A DNA stretch of 64,000 bases. Source: Anaeramoeba ignava BMAN. Taxonomy: Eukaryota > Protista > Anaeramoebae. How positions within the stretch are numbered: the stretch's first letter is position 1; every line of letters begins with the position of its first letter. Shown here one piece after another: positions 1 through 12,126 of the stretch. The translations under genes and the position numbers were made by a program. The stretch is from positions 248,001 through 312,000 of the forward strand of contig JAPDFW010000058.1 in assembly GCA_028826165.1 (NCBI GenBank), read 5' to 3'. The notes under the pieces were generated by a model, which was not told where the DNA came from, searched no databases, and worked only from the letters and a program-made list of their open reading frames with translations.

Positions 1-3000
1 ATTAATCATTAATTCATTTTCAATTTTTTGATAATTATAATTTTCTCGTGTTTTTTTTGGATTTAATTGTTTTAATTGAATTGAAAATTGTTTTTGAAAT
101 GTTTGAATAATCCATTCATTATAAAGTTTTTCAATTTCTTCTTTTTCAATTTCTTCTTGTTTTTGATTTATTTCAATCCAAAATTCAAATAATTCTTCAA
201 TATTATCATTTTGAATTATTTCTTCTTTATCTTCTTTTATTTTTTCAATCAATTCTCTTATAAATAATAAAAATGAAAATCTTTTTCTCTTTTCATTTTT
301 TGTTTTTGTTTTTGTTTTTGTTTTTGTTTTAAAATTAATTAATTTGGAAATAAAAAGTAAATTAATTAATTTTTGATGAATTTTTTCAAAATAAATTTGT
401 TGAATTTTTTGAAATGAAATTGTTTCTATTTTTTCATTGGATTGTTGTGAATAATAATTTTTGATAATTCTTCTTAAATTAATTTTTAAATTTTGGAAAA
501 TATTTTCTTGTTCTGGATTAAGAACCAATTTGATAAAATCTTTTAAATATTTTTGAATAATTTCATCATTAAAAGATGAATCAATAAATGGAATAATTTT
601 GTTTTGTTGAGAAATTGTTTCATTTTGTTGAATTATTGAATAAATTATTGATGAAAATGGGAATTCTTGTTTAATTGTTTTTGTTTTGTAAATTGGATAA
701 CAAGGAATTTCAAATTGTTGAAATATATTATTCCAAATTTCTTTCATTTTTTCATCTTTTGAATTTAATAAAATTGTTAAATTTTCATTTTGATTTATAT
801 TTTGGAAAAATATATCAAAAATTTCAATTAAATCTTCTTTAATTTTATCAAATAAAATACTTATAAATTTCTTTTTCTCTTTCTTTTGTTTGAAATTATG
901 TAAAATATCAAAAATTTCCCATTTAAAATTTTCATGTTTTGATTTAATTGATAATTCAATCATTTCTCTAATTTTTTGGATAATTTGTTTTTCATTTCTT
1001 CATTCTTAAAAAGGTTTTTTTCAATTAATTCTTTTTCTTTTTTGAAATTTTCATTTGTTAAATCTTTTTCTTTTGAAAGAATTATTCCTAAATTTTCTAT
1101 TATTATTTTTTCTATTTGTTTGTTTTTTTGTAAATAATCAAATGATTCTAAAAGATTTTGAGGTAAATTTTTAAGATTAAATAATGTTTCAATTTCTTCA
1201 ATATAATAATGTTCCCAATTTTTTTCAAAATAAAAAGGAAATGATTTAGAATTTGAAGTGAAAGATAAATGAATGAATAATATAATATAAGAGTTCTCTA
1301 TTCTGTTTTGATTATTATTATTATTGTTATTGTTGTTATTATTATTGTTATTGTTGTTGTTTTGAGAAATTATTTGTTCAATTAAAATTTTAATTTGATA
1401 AAATAATTCAATTTGATTTTGTTTGAAATGAATAATTAAAATATTTTTTTCTTTTGGAATATTGGAAATTAATTCTTCATTTTCTTTTTTGATAATTTTA
1501 TCTTTGTTTTGTAAATCTAAAATTTTAAATGAATATTCTGAATATTTTTCTTCAATTTTTCCAATTTCTCTTTTATATCCTCTTGTAAAAATTATTGATT
1601 TTTTCACTTTATTTTTTAAAATTTCTTCATTTAAAAGTTCTTCAAAATTATTGTAAATAGATGAAAAATATTCTTCTTTAATTTGATTAACTTTTTGAAT
1701 TTGTTTTTCTTTTTGTTTTTCTGATAATAATTCTTTAATTTCAATCATTTTTTCAAATTTAAAAAATTGAATAATTTTCTTTTTGATTTTTTTATCTTGA
1801 TCTTTTTCATTTTGATATTTAAGAATAAGTGAAGAAAATGAGTTTTGATTAAATTCAATAATTAAATCTTCTTTTTTAATTTTGTTTTCAGTAAATTTTT
1901 TGATTGGATTTAATATTTTGAATATTTTGGATGATGATTCTTTTGGAATATTAAAAGAAGAAATATCAATTAAATGTTTTTCAAATTGATTTAATAAATT
2001 AGGTTGATTAAATTCATATTTAATTGCTTTTGTTGTTATAATTATTAATCTGAAATTTGGATTCATTTCAATTTTTCTTATTTCATTTTCAAAAAGAATT
2101 GTTATATAAAATTTTTCATTTTCTTTAATATAATTTTGATTAAATAAATCATCTAATAATGGATAAATTTTTTGATAATCAAGAAGAATTAACATTTTTC
2201 CTTCATAAATACATTTTTCAATAATATTTAATGCTTTATTAATTTCTTGATTTTCTTTTTCTATTTGTGATTCTGATTTTATTAATGAATTTGAATCAAA
2301 TAAAATGATTGAATTTCTGGAAAAATATTGTAAAATTATTGAAAAAATTGAAATATTTGGAATAAATATCATTAAATGTCTTGATGTTTTTATAAAATCT
2401 GAATATTTTTGAATTTCATTTTCTTTTGATAATTCTTGAATATTTTCTTTTATTAATTGAAATGGATTGAATTCTGGAAGTTTTTCAAATCCTTCAATTT
2501 TACTATTTTCCAAAATTTGATTTAATATTTTTGATTTAATTCCAAAATTTCTAAAAAGAGATTCATAACAAATATCTAAAATTCGTGTTTTCTTTTGTTC
2601 ATTTCCATAATAAAATCCAATATTATTAAGGAAATATTGATAATCTTTAATTCCATAAAAATTTAATGGTGGTTGATTTTCTTGAAGAATTGTTTTAAAT
2701 TGTTTTGAAATTATTTCATTTTGATTTTGATAAATTTTATAAAATAATTCAACAAAAATATTGGGATAATTTTTCGGTATTTTTTTAGAGAATGATTTTT
2801 TAATTTCTTTTGTTGCAATTTCTAATTGATTTCGATTTAAATTCGATAATAATAATAAATTTCTTGAAGTTAATCCTGAAATTTCAAAATTTGTATTTGT
2901 ATTTGTTAATAAAATTAATGTAAATTTTGAATTTGAATTTGAATTATAAATCATTTTATTCATAATTTTTTTGATTTTTGAATGAATCATAATTAAATTT

Positions 3001-6000
3001 TCTTTTGATAAATTTGTGAAATTTTTTAAAATTATTGTTGGAATATTTTGTTTTTGTTTTTGTTTTTTGATGTTTTGAAATTGATTTTGAAGATATTCTT
3101 GTGTAAATATTTGTGAACATTGAATTTTAAATCGTTTTATTTGTGGAAGATTGCATTGTTTTAAAATTTGATTTTCATTTTTAATTTGATTTTTATTTTT
3201 AGAAGATAAAAATGAATTGAAAATAGATTGAAAAGATTTTTTTGAAATTGCTATTTTTGTTTTAAATAATAATAAAATAATTTAATAATTATTTTGTTAT
3301 TGTATTTGTTATTAATTTGTTATTAATTTACCTAAATTATCAATTATTAATAAAGGTATTTGTGTAAAAAATGAAATAAATATTGATAAAATATTTTCAT
3401 TAAAATTTTGATTTTGGAAAAGATTTGTTTTGGTTAAATTAAATTGAATTGATTGAATTAAACTTTTTGTTAATTTATCAATAATTTCTTTAATTTTTAT
3501 TTTTTCTAAATCTTTTTTAAAATTTCCACTTATTTTAATTTTTTTGAAATTTTCTTCAACTTTTAATAAAAATTTATCTTTTTCTTCTCCAATAAAATAT
3601 GATCCATAAACAACAAATAAAAGATATTAGCATACTTTCTCTAAATATAACTCGATTTGTATTTGATAGATCAATAAATTTTTTGCAAATTTCTTTTTCA
3701 ATTAACCATTGGAAAATATTGAGAAATATGAAAACATCTTGTAATGATTGAATAGAATAATTTGTTTTGTTTTGTTGTTGAATATAATTTCTTGAAAAAT
3801 TAATTGTTTCTAAAATAATTTGAATAATTTTTTCTTTATAAATATTAACTAAATTTTTGGAAATTTTTGGTAAATCATTGATAAAATATAGTTGTTTTCT
3901 CCTTTTTTGCTTAAATTCCCAAAATCATAAATATCTTCAAAAAATGAATCAGGAATTAATTGAGGTTTTGAAATTATTTCTTCAATTATATTTGATTCAT
4001 TTGATTCATTTGGTTTGATTTGAGAAGAATATTGTTTTGATTGAAATGATTTGATTGAAGCTAATAAATTAATTTGTTTTGATAAATTTAATTAAAAGAA
4101 AATCGATCTATTAAAATTTTCTTTAATAAAATTATGCATTCTTTTGATCCTGTATTGAAATCATTGAATAAAATATTAATTTTTGAATTTGGTTTTTCTT
4201 TGATAATATTTTCAGCTTTTTCAATAATTTGTTCAATATCTTTTTTGTTTGTTTTAGAATTGATATTTAAAATTATTAATTTTTGTTTTAAGATTTCTTC
4301 TAATAAATAATGAATTAATAAGTTTTTCTCATAATCATTTCCTTCAATAAAAATAACTGGAAGTTTTGCTATTAATCTATAATGAATATTGATTAATTTC
4401 ATTAGGTTATTTGAAGTGATAAATTTTGGATAATCTTTTATATCTTGTTTTGAATTAAAAGAATTGAGAATTTTCAAAATAATTTCTTTTTCAATTTCAA
4501 TTTTCTCTTCATCATTTTGGAAATTTTCATAAATTTTAATCAATACATTATTGTTTAAAAATTTTTCTAATTTTTGATTAAATAATGATTTGATTTGATT
4601 ATTGCTTATAATTATCATTTCAAGTTGTTCTTGGTTTTGTTTTGATTTAAAAATTGGGAAAGTGAAAAATTTTTGATTCAATCAATTCTATCTTTTAATA
4701 AATTTGAGAAATCTTCAAATTCATTTGTTTTCTAATTTTTCTATTTTTGTACTCCATTTAAGATAACGTGAAGAAATATTAACAATAGAATCTAAATAAA
4801 ATGAAAATAATTGTGAAATAAATTTTCATAAATTTCTTCATTTTCTTCTTTTAATATTTTGAATAATTGATTTGAATCCAAAAAAAATTGACAATTTTGT
4901 AATAAAATTATTTGTGATTTTAAAATTGAACAAATAATAAATATTATTCTGAATGTTAAAGGTTGATCTGGTAGTTTTTGTAAGATTTTCTTTTCAATTA
5001 AATTAAAGAATTCTTTTTATCTGGTTCTTGATTAATAAATTCTTTTCTTTTTCAATTTGAATATTTTTGAATTGTTTGAAATTATTATTACTTAATTCAA
5101 TTAATTTAGCAACATTTTTCAATTTTTATCTTCAATTTTTCAATTATAAAATTTGGATTTAATTTAAATTTAATAAATGAAAATTCATCATAATTAACTT
5201 GACATTCTTTTTCTTGAAAATATTTTAATGATTGGAAATTATTTTAATCCATTTTCTGAATTTTCTTTTTCTATTACTTGGAATTTCAAAAGCTAAAAAC
5301 AATTATTTAAATCTTCTTGATTAAAATCGAAAATGAAATTTGATGATTTTTCTTTTTGTTTTCAAATAAATTCCACATTGTAAATCCCCAAATAAAATCT
5401 AAAAGTTTCTAGAACTAGGTGAAAAAGGTAATTCAATATGAAAAATTTCTTTTCTTTTTCTTTATCTTTAATAAAATCATTTGATATTTCTTTTGATAAA
5501 ATGATATTGAAATATAGATAATTTTCTTTTTGATATTCTTCATTAAATTTTTTGTGAATTTGATAAGTTTTTCCCATTCCACTAATTTTAGAAGTAAATA
5601 ATTGTATTTTTGGATAAAGTTTGTGATATTTTTGGTAAATTTGTGTTATTTTTTTTTTGGAAATAATTTTGATTTTGTTTGTTATTAAACATTTTGGAAA
5701 TTGGTTAACAATTCTAAAATTTCCAATTTTCTCTTCATAAAAGAAAATTAATAATGGAAAATGAATTGTGAAAGAAATATTTTGAATTTTTCAGTTAATA
5801 CTTTTAAACATTCTTGAGATAATTTATGTGAATGAAGAATTGAAAATAAATATTTGTTTTTTGGAATATTTTCATATTTTTCATTATAAATTTGATAAAT
5901 ATTAAAGAAATTATTAATATCATTTTTTGTTGAATTTGAATCACAAAATAATATATTTTCTTTTAAAGGGAAATGATTAGAATATCCCAAATATAAACTT

Positions 6001-9000
6001 GTAACAATTTCATAAATTTCTTTTTCTTTTTCTAATTTATAAAAGAAAAATTTTTGATTTTGATTTTGATTTTGATTATCAAAAATTTGATTAAATTGAG
6101 AATTTGATTTTTTTAAAATATTTTCATCAATTTTGATTATTCTTTGTTTGATTGAATTTTTGATAGGAATTAATTTTTCTAATTCATTAATAAATGTTTT
6201 GAAAAAATTTGAATCAATTTTAATTTGAGAAATTTGAGTTTTGAAATTTTCAAATTCTTCATTTTTTAAATTTGGTTTAAATGATTTAAGAAGAGATAAT
6301 GAATTATTGTTTTTGTTTTTAAATTGAGATTCTTTTATAATTGAAAAGATTTGTTCTTTTGAAAAAATTGAAAAAGTAAACTGAATATTGTTGTTATTAT
6401 TGATAAATTCTGAAAATAAATCATCAAGTTGTTTTATGAAATTTCTTTCTTCTTCAGTTTCTTTTTCTTCTTTTGTAATAAAATTAATTCTTCAATTTTT
6501 GTAAAAATTTTCTCTAATTTTTCTTGTGAAGGATTTATTTTTTGATAAATTTTGATAATAATTTCAAATATATCATTAAATGATTTGAAAGGTTTTTCAT
6601 TATATAAATATTCTTTAAATTCTTCTCTTAAATTTTGTAAATATTCTTTGGTTTGTTTTAAATTATTGTTATCATTATGATTTTATCAAAAATTTCTTTA
6701 AATTTTTTATCATTTTTTAATTTTTGTAAAATTTGAATTGATTGAGGAAGTAATTCAAAATTATATTTCTTATTCAATGTACTACCAATAAATTTAAAAA
6801 TTTCTTGAAATATTTGACTAATTTTTGGTAAATCTTTCATTTCCTTTTCATTTTTCAATTTTGGATTAAAAAAATTAGAATAAAATTCATTTTCATATTT
6901 AAATAATGAAACAAATAAAATAAACCAATAAGGAATTTTGGAATAATTTTTTCTGTCTTCTTGATATTTTAAAATTGGAGAGCAAATTTGTTTTATTTTT
7001 TTATCTTTAGGAATATTGGAAATTTCAAATAATAATTTAATTTCTTTTTCTAATAATTCTTTTTCTTTTCATTTTCAATTATTTTTAAGAATAAATTTTC
7101 AAATTCTTTGATTTTCATTTTTTGATTTGAAATTAATTTTGTTTTTTTTATCAAATCATCTTGAATTTGTTTAATTTTATTTTGTAAATCTTCAAATGAA
7201 ATTTTCTTTTTTTCATTTATTAATGATTGTTGATATTCATTCCAATAAATATTTTGAAAAATTTGAGTTTGTTTCATTTTATAAAAATTTTGGATAATTT
7301 CTTCTTTAATTTTCAAATTTTGAATTGATTTTTTAATTTCATTAATTGATTTATCACTTTCAAATAAATTCAATATTTCTTTAATTTTTAAAATATCTTC
7401 TTCAATTAAAATTGGAGATAATTCAATTAAAATTGGATTTAATTCTTTTGATAAGAAGTTTTTTTGTTGATTTAATTGTTCAAATTCTTTTTTTAAAATT
7501 TGGAAATTTGGTTTTTCGAATATAGCCCAAATTGCTGAATTTTCATAATTTTGATTAATAATTTCAGAAATTTCTTTATAAGAAAATTTTAAATTTTTTG
7601 ATTTTTCAATAAAATTTTCAATTTCTTTTTGATATTTTTTAATTGATTTAAGAAATTCAAATTTTGAAATTGTTTCATTTTCAATTTCTTTTATAAATAA
7701 TAAAGCATCTATCCAAATATTTTTTTCTTGTTCTGAAAGTGAATTAAAGAATTGAAATAAATTTTGAGAATTAGTTGGTAATTTGTTTCCAATATAAGGT
7801 TTCCATGATTCAGTTTGTATTTCTAAGGGAATTTTTTGAATAATATTTTTTTCTTTAATAATATCTTCTTTGGAGATTTTATCATAATTTTCTTTAACAA
7901 ATTTTTCAATTAAATTCTTTATAAATTCATCAATTTGATTTATTTTATCAAGTATTTTTGATTCAATAATTATATTTAAACGTTCTTTTTCTTTTTTGTT
8001 TGTGAAATATGGTTGAGCTTTTAAATTATTATAAATTAATTCTTGAATAATTGAAATTTCCATTTGATTTTGAATCTGATTTTGATTTTGATTTTGATTT
8101 TGATTTTGATTTTGATTTTTGATTTGATTTTGATTTTGATTTTGATTTTGATTTTGATTTTGATTTTGATTTTGATTTTGATTTTGATTTTGATTTTGAT
8201 TTTGATTTTGATTTTGATTTTGATTTTGATTTTGATTTTGATTTTGATTTTGATTTTGATTTTGATTTTGATTTTGATTTTGATTTTTATTTTTATTTTT
8301 ATTTTTATTTTTATTTTTATTTTTATTTTTATTTTTATTTTTATTTTTATTTTTATTTTTATTTTTATTTTTATTTTTATTTTTATTTTTATTTTTATTT
8401 TTATTTTTATTTTTATTTTTATTTTTATTATTATTTTTATTATTTTATTTTTATTTTTATTTTATTTTGATTTTGATTTTGATTTGATTTTTGATTTTAT
8501 TTTGATTTTGGATTTTGATTTTGATTTTTGATTTTGATTTTTATTTTGATTTTGATTTTGATTTTGGTTTTGATTTTCATTTGATTTTGATTTTGATTTT
8601 GATTTTGATTTTTTGATTTTTATTTTTTGATTTTTGATTTTATTTTTGATTTTGATTTTATTTGATTTTGATTTTGATTTTTGATTTTGATTTTGATTTT
8701 GAATTTGTTTTGATTTTGAATTTTCATTTTGATTTTTGATTTTGATTTTGATTTTTGATTTTTGAATTTGAGAAATAAAATCTTTGCTTTTCTTGTAAAA
8801 AATAGTCCAATTATCTATCCAATTCCCTAAATTTTCTGTTTTGTAATTTACAATAATCTTAAAAAGAAATTATTTAATTTTCTTGAAAAAGTTGAATAAA
8901 AATTTGCTTGGTTCATTTCCTGTAAATTCATTGAAAAAGATGAGTTAATTGATCACCATTTTGATAATAATTTGTTTGGAAAAGTAAAGTTGTAGTTTCA

Positions 9001-10191
9001 ATAAATTCTCCAATATTTTGATGATTAAATAAAAATTGTTGAATTTCATGATATATTTCTTCTGGTTTAATATTTGAAAATACTTGGAAATCTTCAATTT
9101 GTTTTGATTTTTGACAAAAAAAATCAAATAAGAAAAATAATTTCATTTCAAATTTTTTTTCAGAAAAAAGAAAATCAACTAAAATATTCCTTAAATCTTC
9201 AATATGTGGTTCTTTTTGTATTAATATAAATGATTGAATTTCTTTTTCAATTGGTTGAAAAGAAATTTTTGAGATATTTTGGAATACTTCTTTCTTCAAA
9301 ATATTATCCTGAATAAATTTTATGATATAAAAAAATGGAATTAAAAAAATAAATGGAATGCACACATTTTGATCTTTTTGGAATTGAATTGAAACTTTTT
9401 TAATTAAAGTTGGAACAACTTCTCCAAATTTAATATTTTCATTCACAATTGTTTGTAAACCTGTGATCTCTTTTTCAATTTCTTTAGTTCTTTCAACTTC
9501 TTTCTTTTTCTTTTTCTTTTTCTTTTTTTTTTCTAACTTTTCTTTTTCCTGTTTTAATTGTTCAATTTTTTTTTTCATTTCTAAATCAAATTTAAAAATA
9601 TTGTTATTTTGAAATGTCTGAATTGCTTGACAAAAAATAAGAAAGTTTTCTTTCAAGTTTAAAATATGTTTTGAATTATCTTTGAAATGTGACTCATGAA
9701 ATTCATTTTGAATTATTTCTTGAATAATAACTTGACAAATTTCACCATCAGAATATTCTTCTTTTAAATTTTGATCAATGAAAAAAATAAAAATATGTTC
9801 TTCTTTTTCTTGATTTTTAAATGAAATTTTAATTTTGGATTTTTTTCCAGAAATTAAACGAGATGTAATAAAGCATTCTTTATTTTTTTGTTTTTCAACG
9901 TTTTTAAATTGTTTTTTGGAATAAAAAATTGTTAAACTTTTTCATTAAAATTTTGATTTTTGATTTTGATTTTGATTTTATTTTTTTCATTTTTATTTTG
10001 ATTTTGAAGATTTTGATTTTGATTTTGATTTTGATTTTGATCTTGATTTTGATTTTGTTTGGTCATAAATTTATTGTTTGTTCATCAAATAAAAAAGAAA
10101 CTAATTTATTTTTATTTTGTGAATTTGATTCATAAAAAGTTGCATAAATATGAAAAGTTTTGAATTGGTTTTTGTTATTTTTTAAACTCAT
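1..10191 (-). CDS. RNF213: RNF213/mysterin-like giant multi-AAA protein, 3'-partial (runs off window start); many frameshifts; one 81-bp intron at 3251-3331
   Basis: Collinear minus-strand segments match RNF213 motifs in order: TSKISGMGKTYQI (~5560-5600), LPVIFIEGNDYEKN...ILFNDFNT (4088-4681), ENILSIFISFFTQIPLLII...KIQCS (~3110-3405), and SRHLMIF plus IEKCIYEGKMLILLDYQKIYPLLDDLFNQNY...NPNFRLIII...LLNQFEKH (960-2990). The intron gtaaat...aaatag restores the frame. The ATG at 10191 is tentative. Confidence 0.8.
8068..8765 (-). repeat. Hexamer microsatellite inside the RNF213-like gene, (CAAAAT)n/(AAAAAT)n, probably poly-QN/KN coding tract
   Basis: (ttttga)n and (ttttta)n on the + strand. The flanks read ...FISQIQKIKNQNQ and ...IQNQMEISII with no obvious splice sites. 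Confidence 0.75.
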
Positions 10192-10322
10192 TTTTAATTT
10201 AAAAAAAAGGAAAAAAATGAAAAAAAAATGAAAAAAAATAATTTTCCTTTTTTTATTAAATTTATTTCTTGTTTTAAAAAAAAAAAGAGGAAAAAAAAAT
10301 GGAGAAAAAAAAAAAAGAGGAA

Positions 10323-11990
10323 TTAAATTTCTGGACCAATTCTCAAACCGTAACCGAATAAATATTGGTCTCTAGGATAATCAATTTCTGCTGATAAACG
10401 GAAGGAAGCCAAAGGATGAAGCATTTCCTCAAAAACAGAAGCAATTTTGCCTTTACTTGTAATCAAACCGTTTACTTTAACTTGTCTTAAACGGTAATAA
10501 AAACCGAAATTCATGACACTTTCTCCGTTGTCCAAATTATAGATAATTTCTGTGCCAAGACCGATTCTGTTTGAGATTTTCTGGACATAAGAAGCGTTGA
10601 AATATTTGGCAGGAAAAGTGGAAAAAGTTGTTGATACAACTGATTTTTCAGTTGCGTATCTTGTTGAGAAGAGAAGCGAAGTTATCTTCATTTGTGAGTA
10701 ATATGCAAGGTCGATTCCTCCGCTTAATCTTGGTGTTAAGGACTGATTGTACGATATGTTGAATACTTTTGTTGATCTTCCTTTTAATTGAAATGTAAAA
10801 TCACTTCCGTAATAATCTAGATCTATTAATATTCCTGATTCGTCTTTTTTTTGCGATAGTAATGCTTGAATCGTTGTTACAATTGCTGTTTTTATTTGGT
10901 GTATATATTTTGCATTTAGTGTTCCAGTGTTATCTAGATGTCCGATTAATGCATACTTTAAATGATTTCATAAATTAATTTTAAATTTAATAAATTAATT
11001 TTAATTTTATAAATGAATTTTAATTTTATAAATGAATTTTAATTTTATAAATGAATTTTAATTTTAATTTTAATTTTGATTTTAATTTTGATTTTAATTT
11101 TAATTTTAATTTTAATTTTAATTTTGATTTTAATTTTAATTTTAATTTTAATTTTAATTTTAATTTTAATTTTAATTTTAATTTTAATTTTAATTTTAAT
11201 TTTAATTTTATAAATGAATTTTAATTTTAATTTTAATTTTAATTTTAATTTTAATTTTAATTTTAATTTTAATTTTAATTTTAATTTTGATTTTAATTTT
11301 AATTTTAATTTTAATTTTAATTTTAATTTTAATTTTAATTTTAATTTTAATTTTAATTTTAATTTTAATTTTAATTTTGATTTTAATTTTAATTTTAATT
11401 TTTTAATTTTAATTAAATTTTAATTTTAATTAAATTTTAAATTTGAATTTTGATTTTAATTTTATAAATGAATTTTAATTTTGATTTTAATTTTAATTTT
11501 AATTTTAATTTTGATTTTAATTTTAATTTTAATTTTAATTTGAATTTAAATTTATAAATGAATTTTAATTATAATTTTAATTTTAATTTTAATTTTGATT
11601 TTAATTTTAAATTTAAATTTTGATTAAATTTTGATTAAATTTTACATGATCTCTAAAATAACTTGTTCCAAAAGAATAACCAGGTAATTCATTAATAGAA
11701 CCCATTGAAACAGAATGAGAAAATCCTAAATGAGGAGAAACTTGTTGATTTATTTCACATTTAAATCCATCAAAAACTGGTGCATTTAAAATCTTAACAA
11801 CTTCTTGATTTAAATCTTCAAATTTTCCTGGATTTTTTTTAAAAGAATCCTTTTGAATTTCCTCGTCATTTTCATTTTCATTTTGTTTTTGTTTTTTTGG
11901 TTCTATTTCAACAATTTTTGATTTTGATTTTGATTTTGGATTTGAATTTGATTTTGATTTTGTATTTGATTTTGATTGTAAAGTCCCCAT
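10323..11990 (-). CDS. TOM40: Tom40 outer-membrane translocase of a mitochondrion or mitochondrion-related organelle; exons 11990-11646 and 10955-10323; 325 aa
   Basis: NPGKFEDLNQEV...FDGFKCEINQQVSPHLGFSHSVSMGS, GHLDNTGTLNA, and a C-terminal beta-signal-like YLFGYGLRIG. The GT-AG intron 10956-11645 joins in phase 0. Confidence 0.92.
10975..11640. repeat. (TTTTAA)n microsatellite filling the Tom40 intron
   Basis: Directly visible hexamer array with TTTTGA variants. Confidence 0.95.
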
Positions 11991-12126
11991 TATTTATTTT
12001 AAAATGAAAATGAAAAAAAAAAAATGAAAAAAAAAAATTAAAAAAAAATTATTTAAATGATTAATAAAAATTAAAAAATTATTCATCATTTTTCTTTTTT
12101 TTTTTTATTTTTTTTTAATTAATTAA

